This document shows positions 23,771 to 32,337 of a stretch of 38,501 nt of DNA, piece after piece. The notes below the pieces were generated by a model. That model made no database searches. It had not been told where the DNA came from and was given only the letters and a program-made list of their open reading frames with translations. The DNA comes from Thermoleophilia bacterium (lineage in GTDB: Bacteria; Actinomycetota; Thermoleophilia; Gaiellales; Gaiellaceae), in NCBI GenBank assembly GCA_013362295.1, contig JABFWJ010000319.1, positions 1-38,501 on the forward strand, read 5' to 3'. The position numbers and the translations under genes were made by a program. Within the stretch, counting starts at the first letter, position 1, and each line of letters begins with the position of its first letter.

Positions 23771-24664
23771 GTGTCTGCGCCCCCCGTCGCGATCATCGGT
23801 GCGGGCCTCGACCTCGGCGCCGGCCGGCGCGGCGTCGACATGGGCCCGTCGGCCATCCGCTACGCGGGCCTCGAGGCGCGTATCCGGGAGCTGGGCCGCG
23901 ACGTCGCCGACCGCGGCGACGTGCGGTCGCCCGTTCCCGAAGCGATCGAGGAGGGCAGCGAGAATGCGCGCTATCTCGCCCCGATCAAGCAGGTCTGCGA
24001 GAAGGTGGCCGTGCTCGTCGACGACGCCGTACGCCAAGGCTTCCTGCCGCTCGTCCTCGGCGGCGACCACTCGATCGCGATGGGGACCCTCGGCGGCATG
24101 GCGAAGGCGCGCGGCGCCGGTGCCGCGCTCTGGATCGACGCGCACGGCGACCTCAACCGGCCGACCACCTCGCCGACGGGGAACGTGCACGGCATGCCGC
24201 TCGCGGCCGCGCTCGGCGCCGCCGGGGACGGTTTCGTGAGCGACGTCTACCCGACGCCGTCGGTCGAGCGCGCCGCGTTGATCGGCATCCGCTCACTCGA
24301 CCCCGGCGAGCGCGACCTGATCGCCGAGCTCGGCGTGCGCGTCTTCACGATGAACGAGGTCGACCGCCACGGCATGGAGCGCGCGCTCACCGAGGCGCTC
24401 GAGTTCCTCGCCGGCGCGGCCTTCCTCCACCTGAGCCTCGACCTCGACGCCGTCGACCCGATGTTCGCTCCGGGCGTCGGCACGCCGGTCCGCGGCGGCC
24501 TCTCCTACCGGGAGGCCCATCTCGCCATGGAGCTGCTGGCGGAGTCGAACAGCCTCGACTCGATGGAGGTGGTGGAGGTGAACCCGGTTCTCGACCGTGA
24601 GAACGCGACGGGGCAGCTGGCCGTCGAGCTCGTGGCGAGCGCGCTCGGCGCGCGCATCCTCTGA
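23771..24664 (+). CDS. rocF: Arginase RocF
   Basis: Near-colinear with Bacillus RocF from memory: IIGAGLDLGAGRRGVDMGPSAIRYAGL, LVLGGDHSIAMGT, WIDAHGDLN, SPTGNVHGMPLA, HLSLDLDAVDP, GVGTPVRGGLSYREAHLAME, VEVNPVLD. GTG 23771 leaves the same ~7-residue lead before the first strand as in RocF. The ORF-track start 23735 lies inside the tRNA. Confidence 0.9.
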   Translation: MSAPPVAIIGAGLDLGAGRRGVDMGPSAIRYAGLEARIRELGRDVADRGDVRSPVPEAIEEGSENARYLAPIKQVCEKVAVLVDDAVRQGFLPLVLGGDHSIAMGTLGGMAKARGAGAALWIDAHGDLNRPTTSPTGNVHGMPLAAALGAAGDGFVSDVYPTPSVERAALIGIRSLDPGERDLIAELGVRVFTMNEVDRHGMERALTEALEFLAGAAFLHLSLDLDAVDPMFAPGVGTPVRGGLSYREAHLAMELLAESNSLDSMEVVEVNPVLDRENATGQLAVELVASALGARIL

Positions 24665-24673
24665 CGGCGCCCG

Positions 24674-25963
24674 TCACTCCCGCGGCCGGGCCTGCGCGGA
24701 TCGCTCCACCTCGACCTCCGCGCCGATTCCCGAGGGCTCGTAATAGATCGAACCGGCCAGGCGCTCCGGCAGGCAGTCGACCTCGAAGCCCTCCTCGTCG
24801 GCGTGCGGATAGACGTAGCCCCGGCCGCGCCCGAGCTTCCTGGCACCGGGATAGGCCGCCGAACGGAGGGCGGCCGGCGGCATCAGGTGGCCGTGCTCGC
24901 GCACGTCCTCCGTCGCCTTCCCGAGCGCGACGTACGACGCGTTCGACTTCGGCGCACGCGCGAGGTAGATCGCCGCCTGCGCGAGGTTGAGCCGCGCCTC
25001 CGGCAGGCCGACGTGCTCGACGGCCTGCGCGGCGGCGACCGCCACGAGCAGCGCCTGCGGATCGGCGTTGCCGATGTCCTCCGACGCGAGCACGACCATC
25101 CGGCGCGCGATGAAGCGTGCATCCTCGCCGCCTTCCAGCATCGCGGCGAGGTAGTAGACGGACGCCTGCACGTCGCCGGCTCGCGTGGACTTGATCCAGG
25201 CGGAGATGAAGTCGTAGTGGCGGTCGCCGCCCTTGTCGTAGGCGAGCGGGCGCTTGCGCGCGGCGTCCTCGACGTGGCGCTCCTCGAGCTCCGCCCCTTC
25301 GGCGCGTGCGGTCTCGACCGACAGCTCGAGAATGTTCAGCGCGTTGCGCGCGTCGCCGCCCGCCCGGACCGCGATCTGCTCTTCGAGCTCGTCCGAGACC
25401 TCGACCTCGAGCGCCGCGGCGCCGCGGCGGACCACGTCGCGCAGCGTCTCGATCGAGTGCGGCTCGAGCTCGTAGACCTGCGTGCGCGAGAGCAGCGCCG
25501 AGTTCACCTCGAAGTACGGGTTCTCCGTGGTCGCGCCGATCAGCGTCAGGAGCCCTTCTTCGACGCCCGGCAGCAGCGCGTCCTGCTGCGCCTTGTTGAA
25601 GCGGTGGATCTCGTCGAGGAAGAGGATGGTGCGCCGGCCGCTCGCGCCGAGGCGCTCGCGCGCCTGCTTCAGCACGTCGCGGACGTTCGCCACCGTCGCC
25701 TGCACCGCCGACAGCTCTTCGAACTCCGCGCCCGTGGTCTGCGCGACGATCCGCGCGAGCGTCGTCTTGCCTGATCCGGGCGGCCCGTAGAGGATCATCG
25801 ACGGCACGCGGTCCTGCTCGATCGCGAGGCGCAGCGCGCGTCCCGGTCCGATCACGTGCTCCTGCCCGACGAACTCGTCGAGTGACCTCGGCCGGAGGCG
25901 CTGCGCGAGCGGAGCAGTGGCGCCGAGCCGCCGGCCGGCGGCCTCGGAGAAGAGGTCACCCAC
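24674..25963 (-). CDS. rarA: Replication-associated recombination protein A (RarA/MgsA AAA+ ATPase)
   Basis: [20 protein letters not shown], Walker [70 protein letters not shown] 25963 gives 429 aa and a homologue-like N-terminus. The upstream 230 codons of ORF 24674-26659 are antisense to a real gene. Confidence 0.88.
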   Translation of the reverse strand: MGDLFSEAAGRRLGATAPLAQRLRPRSLDEFVGQEHVIGPGRALRLAIEQDRVPSMILYGPPGSGKTTLARIVAQTTGAEFEELSAVQATVANVRDVLKQARERLGASGRRTILFLDEIHRFNKAQQDALLPGVEEGLLTLIGATTENPYFEVNSALLSRTQVYELEPHSIETLRDVVRRGAAALEVEVSDELEEQIAVRAGGDARNALNILELSVETARAEGAELEERHVEDAARKRPLAYDKGGDRHYDFISAWIKSTRAGDVQASVYYLAAMLEGGEDARFIARRMVVLASEDIGNADPQALLVAVAAAQAVEHVGLPEARLNLAQAAIYLARAPKSNASYVALGKATEDVREHGHLMPPAALRSAAYPGARKLGRGRGYVYPHADEEGFEVDCLPERLAGSIYYEPSGIGAEVEVERSAQARPRE

Positions 25964-25972
25964 GCCGAAAGT

Positions 25973-26755
25973 ATGCTCTGGGCGTCGATGCGAGAGGCGC
26001 GCGAGGTGTGGAGCACGGGGACGTACGAGCGGCTCGCCGCGCGATTCGCGCCGGTCCAGGACCAGCTCGTCAACCTGCTTCGGATCTCGAGAGGCGACCG
26101 CGTGCTCGACCTGGCGACCGGCACCGGCGAGGTGGCCGTGCGCGCGGCCCGGCAGGGCGGTGTCGTCACCGGCCTCGACATCGCCGAGCCGATGCTCGCA
26201 AAGGCGCGCGAGCGCGCGAGCGAGGAGGGCGTCGACATCACCTTCGATCTCGGCGACGTCGAGTACCTGCCGTACGAGGACAGCTGCTTCGACGTCGTCG
26301 TCTCCAACTTCGGCGTCGTGTTCGCGCCCGACCACGCGAACGTCGCCGCCGAGCTCGCGCGCGTCACGTGCCCCGCCGCGCGCCTCGGCTTCACGGCCTG
26401 GAAGCCGAACCCCCGGCTCGGCGAGCTCTATCGCCGCTTCACCGAGGAGCCGATCGAAGGCCGCGAGATGTACGAGTGGGGCCGCGAGGACCACGTCGAG
26501 GACATGCTCGGCGAGGACTTCGAGCTCGAGTTCGAGGACGGGACGCTCTGGCTCGAAGCAGAGTCGGGCGAGGAGATCTGGAAGCTCTTCTCGGAGTCCG
26601 CACCGCCGGTGATCGCGCTCCTCAAGCACCTCGACGACGAGCAGCGCGAGCAGTTCCACCGCGCGATCGTCGAGCTGTACGAGAGCTATCGCACGAAGGA
26701 CGGCGGCGTGCGCGCGCCCCGCCGCTACCTGCTCGTCCTCGGCCGCCGCAAGTGA
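25973..26755 (+). CDS. Class I SAM-dependent methyltransferase
   Basis: Motif I VLDLATGTGEVA, GLDIAEPML, FDVVVSNFGVVF. The start could be ATG 25973 or ATG 25988. Confidence 0.75.
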   Translation: MLWASMREAREVWSTGTYERLAARFAPVQDQLVNLLRISRGDRVLDLATGTGEVAVRAARQGGVVTGLDIAEPMLAKARERASEEGVDITFDLGDVEYLPYEDSCFDVVVSNFGVVFAPDHANVAAELARVTCPAARLGFTAWKPNPRLGELYRRFTEEPIEGREMYEWGREDHVEDMLGEDFELEFEDGTLWLEAESGEEIWKLFSESAPPVIALLKHLDDEQREQFHRAIVELYESYRTKDGGVRAPRRYLLVLGRRK

Positions 26756-28032
26756 ATGAGGTAGCCGACCTTCTCCGGCGGCTGATTCGCCTCGATACGA
26801 CGAACCCGCCGGGCAACGAAACCCTCGCGGCGGAGCTGCTCCGGGACTACCTCGAAGCAGCCGGCGTGGAGTGTCGGCTCTACGCGCGCGTGCCGGAGCG
26901 CGCGAATCTCGTCGCGCGCATCCCGGGCCGCGACGACGGCCCGTCGCTCGCGCTGCTCTCGCACACCGACGTCGTGCTCGCCGACGCCGGTGAGTGGGAA
27001 CGCGACCCGTTCGGTGGCGACCTCGTCGGCGGCGAGGTATGGGGGCGCGGCGCGCTCGACATGAAGGGCGAGGTCGCCGCCTCGGCCGTCGCGCTCGCCT
27101 CGCTGGCGCGCGAGGGCTGGCGCGGGTCGGGCGACCTGATCTTCGTCGCCGCCGCCGACGAAGAGGTCGGCGCGGGCTTCGGGCTGCAGTGGCTCGTCGA
27201 GCAGCATCCTGACGCCGTGCGTGCCGACTTCTCGGTCAACGAAGGTGCGGGCGACCGCGTCGAGCTGGGCGGCAGGGTGCTCTACCTCTGCGCGACGGCA
27301 GAGAAGATGAGCTCGCCGTTCACGCTCCGCGTGCACGGGCGGAGCGGCCACGCGGCCATGCCGAGCATCGCCGACAACGCGCTCGTCAAGGCGGCGCCGC
27401 TCGTCGAGCGCCTCGGCACGTTCGAGGTCGAGCCGCAGCTGATCCCGGAGGTCGAGGGGTTCCTGGCGGCGCTGCTCGGCGAGGTGCCGCCGCCCGGCGA
27501 GGCGCTCGCGCGCGCCCGCGCGGTCGCACCGCTCGCCGCCGAGCTGATCGAGCCGCTGCTCGGCCTGACGGTCTCGCCGACGAAGGCCCGTGCCTCCGAC
27601 AAGCGGAACGTGATCCCCGCGCTCTGCGAGATCACCGTCGACACTCGGCTCCTGCCCGGCCAGAGCCCGGAGGACGCCGAGGGGGCGCTGCGCGACTGGC
27701 TCGGGGACGGCGACTACGAGTTCGTCAACATCGAGCGCTCCGGAGGCACGCGCTCGGAGATCGGCGGCCCGCTCTGGGAGGCCGTGCGCTCGTTCGTCGA
27801 GGCCGAGGAGCCGGGCGCCGCCGCCGCGCCGCTGTGCGTGGCGGGATTCACCGACTCGCACTGGATGCGCGAGGCGTTCGGGACGGTCGCCTACGGCTTC
27901 TTCCCGTCGCGGGCGATCGACCCGGAGACCGCCGCCCGCCTGATCCACTCGGCGAACGAGCGGATCCCGGTCTCCGACCTGGAGCTCGGCCTGCGCTGGC
28001 TGCGGCACGCGGCTCGGGCCGTGTGCGGCTGA
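26752..28032 (+). CDS. M20 family metallopeptidase (ArgE/DapE/ACY1/CPG2-type)
   Basis: TNPPGNE, LLSHTDVV, GRGALDMKG, AADEEVG, FTDSHW. Last 426 codons of ORF 25882-28032. GTGA overlap with the methyltransferase stop. Confidence 0.8.
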   Translation: MNEVADLLRRLIRLDTTNPPGNETLAAELLRDYLEAAGVECRLYARVPERANLVARIPGRDDGPSLALLSHTDVVLADAGEWERDPFGGDLVGGEVWGRGALDMKGEVAASAVALASLAREGWRGSGDLIFVAAADEEVGAGFGLQWLVEQHPDAVRADFSVNEGAGDRVELGGRVLYLCATAEKMSSPFTLRVHGRSGHAAMPSIADNALVKAAPLVERLGTFEVEPQLIPEVEGFLAALLGEVPPPGEALARARAVAPLAAELIEPLLGLTVSPTKARASDKRNVIPALCEITVDTRLLPGQSPEDAEGALRDWLGDGDYEFVNIERSGGTRSEIGGPLWEAVRSFVEAEEPGAAAAPLCVAGFTDSHWMREAFGTVAYGFFPSRAIDPETAARLIHSANERIPVSDLELGLRWLRHAARAVCG

Positions 28033-28034
28033 TC

Positions 28035-29057
28035 ATGCTGGAGCTGTACGAGCCCGAGGGCGCGTTCGACCTGCTCGAGGCGTACCTCGCCGAGGAGCTG
28101 CGCGCGGGCCTCGTCGCGGACGTCTTCCTGGCGTACGGGCTCTCGGAACCGCTGCGCCGGGAGCCCGGGCACCCGCCGCCCGAGCCGTGCCCGCTGCCGC
28201 TGCTGGCGGCTCGTGTCCGAGCTCGGGACGAGCCGCCCCCCGCAGGTGCCGGCTTTCGGATCGGCGAGTGGGCCGCGTCCTGGGCGCCCGGGGACTATGC
28301 GGCGGCGGTCGACGAGGTGCGCGCGGCGATCGCGCGCGGCGACGTCTACCAGGTCAACCTCGTGCAGCACCTCTCAGCGCCCTTCGAGGGCAGCGTGGCG
28401 GCGCTCGCCGGGTCGCTCGCACCGCTGCAGCCGCTGCAGCCGCGCCCGCTCGCCGGGAACGGATGGGCCGTCGTCTCGGCCTCTCCGGAGCTCTTCCTCG
28501 CCCGCCGCGGCGACCGGCTGCTGACGATGCCGATCAAGGGGACGCGGCCGCTCGGCGAAAACGTCGAGGACGACAAGGACGCCGCGGAGCACGTGATGAT
28601 CGTCGACCTCGAGCGCAACGACCTCTCGCGCGTCTGCGAGGTCGGCTCGATCCGCTGGCCCGAGCTGATGGTGCAGCACGAGCTCGCGGGGGTCACGCAT
28701 CTCGTCTCGACGGTCGAGGGGCGCGTGCGGCGCGATGCGACGCTCGCCGACATCCTGCGCGCGACCTTCCCCGGGGGCTCGATCACGGGCGCGCCGAAGA
28801 TCGCCGCGATCGACCACATCGCCCGGCTCGAGCCCGTGGGGCGCGGTGCCTCGATGGGCGCGCTCGGGACGATCGAGCCGAGCGGCGACTTCGAGCTCGC
28901 GCTCACGATCCGCACCTTCGCGGTCGCGGACGATCGCATCCATCTCTGGGTCGGCGGGGGGATCGTGTGGGATTCCGATCCCGAAGCGGAGATCGAGGAG
29001 TCCTGGGTCAAGGCGCGGCCGCTGCTCGCCGCCGTGCGCGGGCTGATCGCGGTATGA
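28035..29057 (+). CDS. pabB: Aminodeoxychorismate synthase component I (chorismate-binding enzyme), short form
   Basis: GDVYQVNL, SASPELFL, MPIKGTRP, EHVMIVDLERNDL, TFPGGSITGAPK, IRTF, GGGIVWDSDPEAE. Only ~100 aa precede the catalytic core (340 aa in total). Confidence 0.75.
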   Translation: MLELYEPEGAFDLLEAYLAEELRAGLVADVFLAYGLSEPLRREPGHPPPEPCPLPLLAARVRARDEPPPAGAGFRIGEWAASWAPGDYAAAVDEVRAAIARGDVYQVNLVQHLSAPFEGSVAALAGSLAPLQPLQPRPLAGNGWAVVSASPELFLARRGDRLLTMPIKGTRPLGENVEDDKDAAEHVMIVDLERNDLSRVCEVGSIRWPELMVQHELAGVTHLVSTVEGRVRRDATLADILRATFPGGSITGAPKIAAIDHIARLEPVGRGASMGALGTIEPSGDFELALTIRTFAVADDRIHLWVGGGIVWDSDPEAEIEESWVKARPLLAAVRGLIAV

Positions 29058-29860
29058 GCCTGCTCGGCGTTGCCGTCGAGGGACGGGGGCTCGTGGATCC
29101 GGAGGCGCCGGTGTTTCGCGCCGACGACGAGGCGCTGCTGCGCGGAAGCGCCGCCTTCGAGACGCTGCCGGTCTACGGGGGCCGGCCATTCGAGCTCGGT
29201 CGGCACCTCGCGCGCTTCGGGAACGCGCTGCCGGTCCTCGGGCTGCCGCCGCTCCCGGACGGGGCGGCGGAGGCACTCGTGGCGGAGCTCGCCGAGCAGG
29301 TCGGCGGCGACTTCGTGCTCCGGCTCTACCGGACGTCGTCGAGCTTCGTCGCGACCGCGGCGCCGCTCCCGGACGACCTCGAGGAGCTGCGGTCACGCGG
29401 CCTTCGGGTGCAGGTCGTGGAGACGGGCCTCCCGTCGAGTCTCGTCGCGGGAGTGAAGGCCACGAGCTATGCCCTCGCGCTCGCGGCGGTACGGGAGGCC
29501 GAGCGAAACGGGGGCGACGACGCGCTCTTCGTCGCGGACGGCATCGTGCTCGAGGCGCCGACGTCGAACGTCTGGTGGCGGATGGGCAAGGTGCTGTCGA
29601 CTCCCGCCACCGGCGCGGGCGTGCTGCCGGGGGTGACGCGCGCGGTCACGTGGGAGCTGGCCCGGGAGGCCGGGTTCGACGCGCGCGAGGGCCGGTTTCC
29701 GCTCGCGGAGCTGCAGGCGGCCGAGGAGGCGTTCACCACCTCGTCGATCCGCGAGGTCATGCCCGTCATCTCGCTCGACGGGCGGCCGGTTGCCGACGGC
29801 CGTCCGGGGCCCGCGGCGGCGCGGTTGCAGGAGGCACTCCGGCTACGCTCCCGCCGGTGA
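29054..29860 (+). CDS. pabC: Aminodeoxychorismate lyase / class IV aminotransferase-fold protein
   Basis: FETLPVYGGRPFELGRHLARF, VKATSY, EAPTSNVWW, LPGVTR, EAFTTSSIREVMPV. ATGA overlap with pabB. Confidence 0.7.
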   Translation: MSLLGVAVEGRGLVDPEAPVFRADDEALLRGSAAFETLPVYGGRPFELGRHLARFGNALPVLGLPPLPDGAAEALVAELAEQVGGDFVLRLYRTSSSFVATAAPLPDDLEELRSRGLRVQVVETGLPSSLVAGVKATSYALALAAVREAERNGGDDALFVADGIVLEAPTSNVWWRMGKVLSTPATGAGVLPGVTRAVTWELAREAGFDAREGRFPLAELQAAEEAFTTSSIREVMPVISLDGRPVADGRPGPAAARLQEALRLRSRR

Positions 29861-30624
29861 GCGAGAGGGTTCGGCTCGGTGGGATGGCGCTCCCGAACGG
29901 CGTGCTCGTGCACGGCCCGCGGGCGTGGGCGTGTGCCGTGCGCACGGACGACGGCGAGCTCAAGGTCGTCGCGCGGCCGAAGCGATTCCGCGCGGCCGAC
30001 GTCAGGAACCCCGCGCTGAGCGGACTCGCGCGGATCGCCGAGGTCTTCGCGCTCTTGCCGCAGATCAAGCGTGCGCTCCCCGAGGCGCAGCTTCCGATGG
30101 AGCGGCCGCGCGTCGTCGCGTCGATGCTCGGGAGCGCCGTCGTCCTCCGGGGCATCCGCGCCTCCGCCATGCGGCCGCTCGCGCGCGAGCTGGCGACCGG
30201 GCTCCTGTCGGTCGCACCTGCGGCCCTCGCGCTGCGCGGCGGCGAGCTCGCCGGCTACCACGGGGCCGAGCACGTCTCGATCGGCAGCTACGAGCACGGC
30301 GAGACGCGGCCCAGGGAGCACGAGCGCTGCGGCTCGCACCTGCTCGGCCCGATCCTGCTCACGACGGCCGCGGGCAACCTCGTCGCCGAGCGGATGCCCG
30401 CGTCGCTGCGTCCCGCGGCCCGGCTCGCGGCCGCGGTCGGAGCCGTCGGCGCCTCGGTCGAGATCTTCGGCTGGATGACCCGCAACGCCGGACATCCGCT
30501 CTCGCGCGCGCTCGCGAGACCCGGGCACGAGCTGCAGCACCGGCTCGGGACGCGCGAGCCCTCGCCCGAGCAGCTCGAGGTCGCGGAGGCCGCGCTCAGG
30601 GCATGTCTGGAGCTCGAAGCATGA
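29857..30624 (+). CDS. DUF1385 domain-containing membrane-associated protein
   Basis: GGMALPNGVLVHG start region and the YHGAEH motif are typical of the family, with hydrophobic helices. GTGA overlap with pabC. Confidence 0.6.
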   Translation: MSERVRLGGMALPNGVLVHGPRAWACAVRTDDGELKVVARPKRFRAADVRNPALSGLARIAEVFALLPQIKRALPEAQLPMERPRVVASMLGSAVVLRGIRASAMRPLARELATGLLSVAPAALALRGGELAGYHGAEHVSIGSYEHGETRPREHERCGSHLLGPILLTTAAGNLVAERMPASLRPAARLAAAVGAVGASVEIFGWMTRNAGHPLSRALARPGHELQHRLGTREPSPEQLEVAEAALRACLELEA

Positions 30625-31697
30625 TCTCGACGCGGCGGAGGCTCGAGCCGGAGGTCTTCGACCTGCCCGTCGAGAAGATGCGGGCGGGCTGGTACACCGA
30701 TGCGTACTTCAACCACACGCGTGCCACCCTCCTCGAGGACGCCCGGCGACCGAACGTCGTCATGCAGGTCTTCCAGAAGCGCGACGCCTTCCTCGGCGGC
30801 ATGGACGAAGCGATCGCGATCCTCAAGCTCTGCGCCGACGACTTCTCCGACCTGACGGTGCACGCGCTCTACGACGGCGACTCGATCCGGCCGTACGAGA
30901 CCGTGATGACGATCGAGGGCGACTACACCGCGTTCGCGCATCTCGAGACCGCCTACCTCGGCACGCTCGCTCGGCGCACGCTGATCACGACGAACGTCGT
31001 CAACGTGCTGCGCGCGGCGAACGGCAAGCCCGTCATCTTCATGGCTGCGCGCCACGATCATCACCGCGTCCAGACCGGCGACGGCTATGCCGCGTACGTC
31101 GCGGGTCAGATCGTCGGCGCGCCGATCGGCGTCACGACCGACGAGCAGGCGTCATGGTGGGGCGGCAGCGGGCTCGGAACCGTCCCGCACGCGTTGATCG
31201 CCGCGTACGGCGGCGACACGGTGGTAGCCGCGAAGCACTTCGCGGATTGGGCGCCCGACGACATGAACGTCACGGTCCTCGTCGACTTCGAGAACGACTC
31301 CGTGCGCACGGCGCTCGACGTCGCACACGCGCTCGGCCCGCGGCTCTGGGGTGTGCGTCTCGACACGTCGGAGTCGCTCGTCGACCGTGCGCTCTGGGAG
31401 GAGATGGGCGACTTCAAGCCGACCGGCGTCAACCCGCGCCTCGTGCACAAGGTGCGGGCTGCGCTCGACCGCGAGGGCTTCGACGCGGTCCGGATCGTCG
31501 TCTCCGGAGGCTTCACCGTCGAGAAGATCCGCGACTTCGAGGAGGACGGGGTTCCGGTCGACGCCTACGGCGTCGGCTCCTCGCTGATCCGCGGCTCCAA
31601 CGACTTCACCGGCGACCTCGTGATGAGCGACGGGCGGCCGGCGGCCAAGGTCGGCCGCGGCTACCGGCCGAATCCGCGGCTCGAGCGCGTGACGTAG
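30621..31697 (+). CDS. pncB: Nicotinate phosphoribosyltransferase (short archaeal/actinobacterial type)
   Basis: WYTDAYFNHT, GMDEAI, YLGTLAR, GTVPHALI, VLVDFENDS, GVRLDTS, VSGGF. Followed directly by a nicotinamidase gene. ATGA overlap upstream. Confidence 0.75.
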   Translation: MISTRRRLEPEVFDLPVEKMRAGWYTDAYFNHTRATLLEDARRPNVVMQVFQKRDAFLGGMDEAIAILKLCADDFSDLTVHALYDGDSIRPYETVMTIEGDYTAFAHLETAYLGTLARRTLITTNVVNVLRAANGKPVIFMAARHDHHRVQTGDGYAAYVAGQIVGAPIGVTTDEQASWWGGSGLGTVPHALIAAYGGDTVVAAKHFADWAPDDMNVTVLVDFENDSVRTALDVAHALGPRLWGVRLDTSESLVDRALWEEMGDFKPTGVNPRLVHKVRAALDREGFDAVRIVVSGGFTVEKIRDFEEDGVPVDAYGVGSSLIRGSNDFTGDLVMSDGRPAAKVGRGYRPNPRLERVT

Positions 31698-31701
31698 CGC
31701 C

Positions 31702-32337
31702 GTGGCCGGACGCCTGCTCTGGGACGTCGACACGCAGGTCGACTTCATGCGCCCCGACGGGAAGCTCGCCGTGCCGGGCGCGCTGGAGGCCGTTCCCGCG
31801 ATGGCGCGGCTCGTCGAGGCGGCCCGCGCCGCCGGCATCCCGCACGTCGCCTCGGCCGACGACCACGAGCTGACGGACGCGGAGATCTCGGACGAGCCCG
31901 ACTACTCGCAGACCTACCCCCCGCATTGCCTGCGCGGCACGCGCGGGGCGGAGCGGATCGCCGAGACCGCGCAGGCCGACCCGGTGCCCCTCGGCCTCAC
32001 GGACGTGCCCGAGAAGTGGCTCGAGGGGCGGGAGTTCCTGCTGCTCAAGAAGAGCTTCGACGTCTTCACGAACCCGAACGCCGACCGGCTGCTCGCGCTG
32101 CTCGACCCGCAAGAGATCGTCCTCTTCGGCGTCGCCACCGATGTGTGCAACGACGCCGCGATCCGCGGCCTCCTCGCGCGGGGGCGCTCCGTCGTCGTCG
32201 TGGAGGACGCCTGCCGGGGGCTCGACGAGGCCCGGACGGCCGCCTGCCTGGCCTCCTGGCGCGCCGGCGGTGTGCGGTTCGTCACGAGCGACGAGGTGAG
32301 CTTTAGCCCCGCAGCCCGCCTGCCGATGGAGACGTGA
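31702..32337 (+). CDS. pncA: Nicotinamidase / isochorismatase-family cysteine hydrolase
   Basis: LLWDVDTQVDF, PPHC, LFGVATDVCNDAA (catalytic Cys context). Sits next to pncB. Confidence 0.75.
   Translation: MAGRLLWDVDTQVDFMRPDGKLAVPGALEAVPAMARLVEAARAAGIPHVASADDHELTDAEISDEPDYSQTYPPHCLRGTRGAERIAETAQADPVPLGLTDVPEKWLEGREFLLLKKSFDVFTNPNADRLLALLDPQEIVLFGVATDVCNDAAIRGLLARGRSVVVVEDACRGLDEARTAACLASWRAGGVRFVTSDEVSFSPAARLPMET

Noticed and set aside
23612-23800. tRNA-Phe as a possible integration site for a genomic island or prophage.
   Set aside because: Both flanks are housekeeping genes (methyltransferase/terminator upstream, arginase downstream). There is no integrase and no lower-GC block. I saw no direct repeat of the tRNA 3' half elsewhere in the window.
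25964-26659. N-terminal 230-codon extension of the rarA ORF (track ORF 24674-26659, 661 aa).
   Set aside because: The extension is antisense to a methyltransferase gene with clear SAM-binding motifs and has no homology-like features. RarA homologues start about 15-20 residues before the conserved PLAxRxRP segment, which fits GTG 25963.
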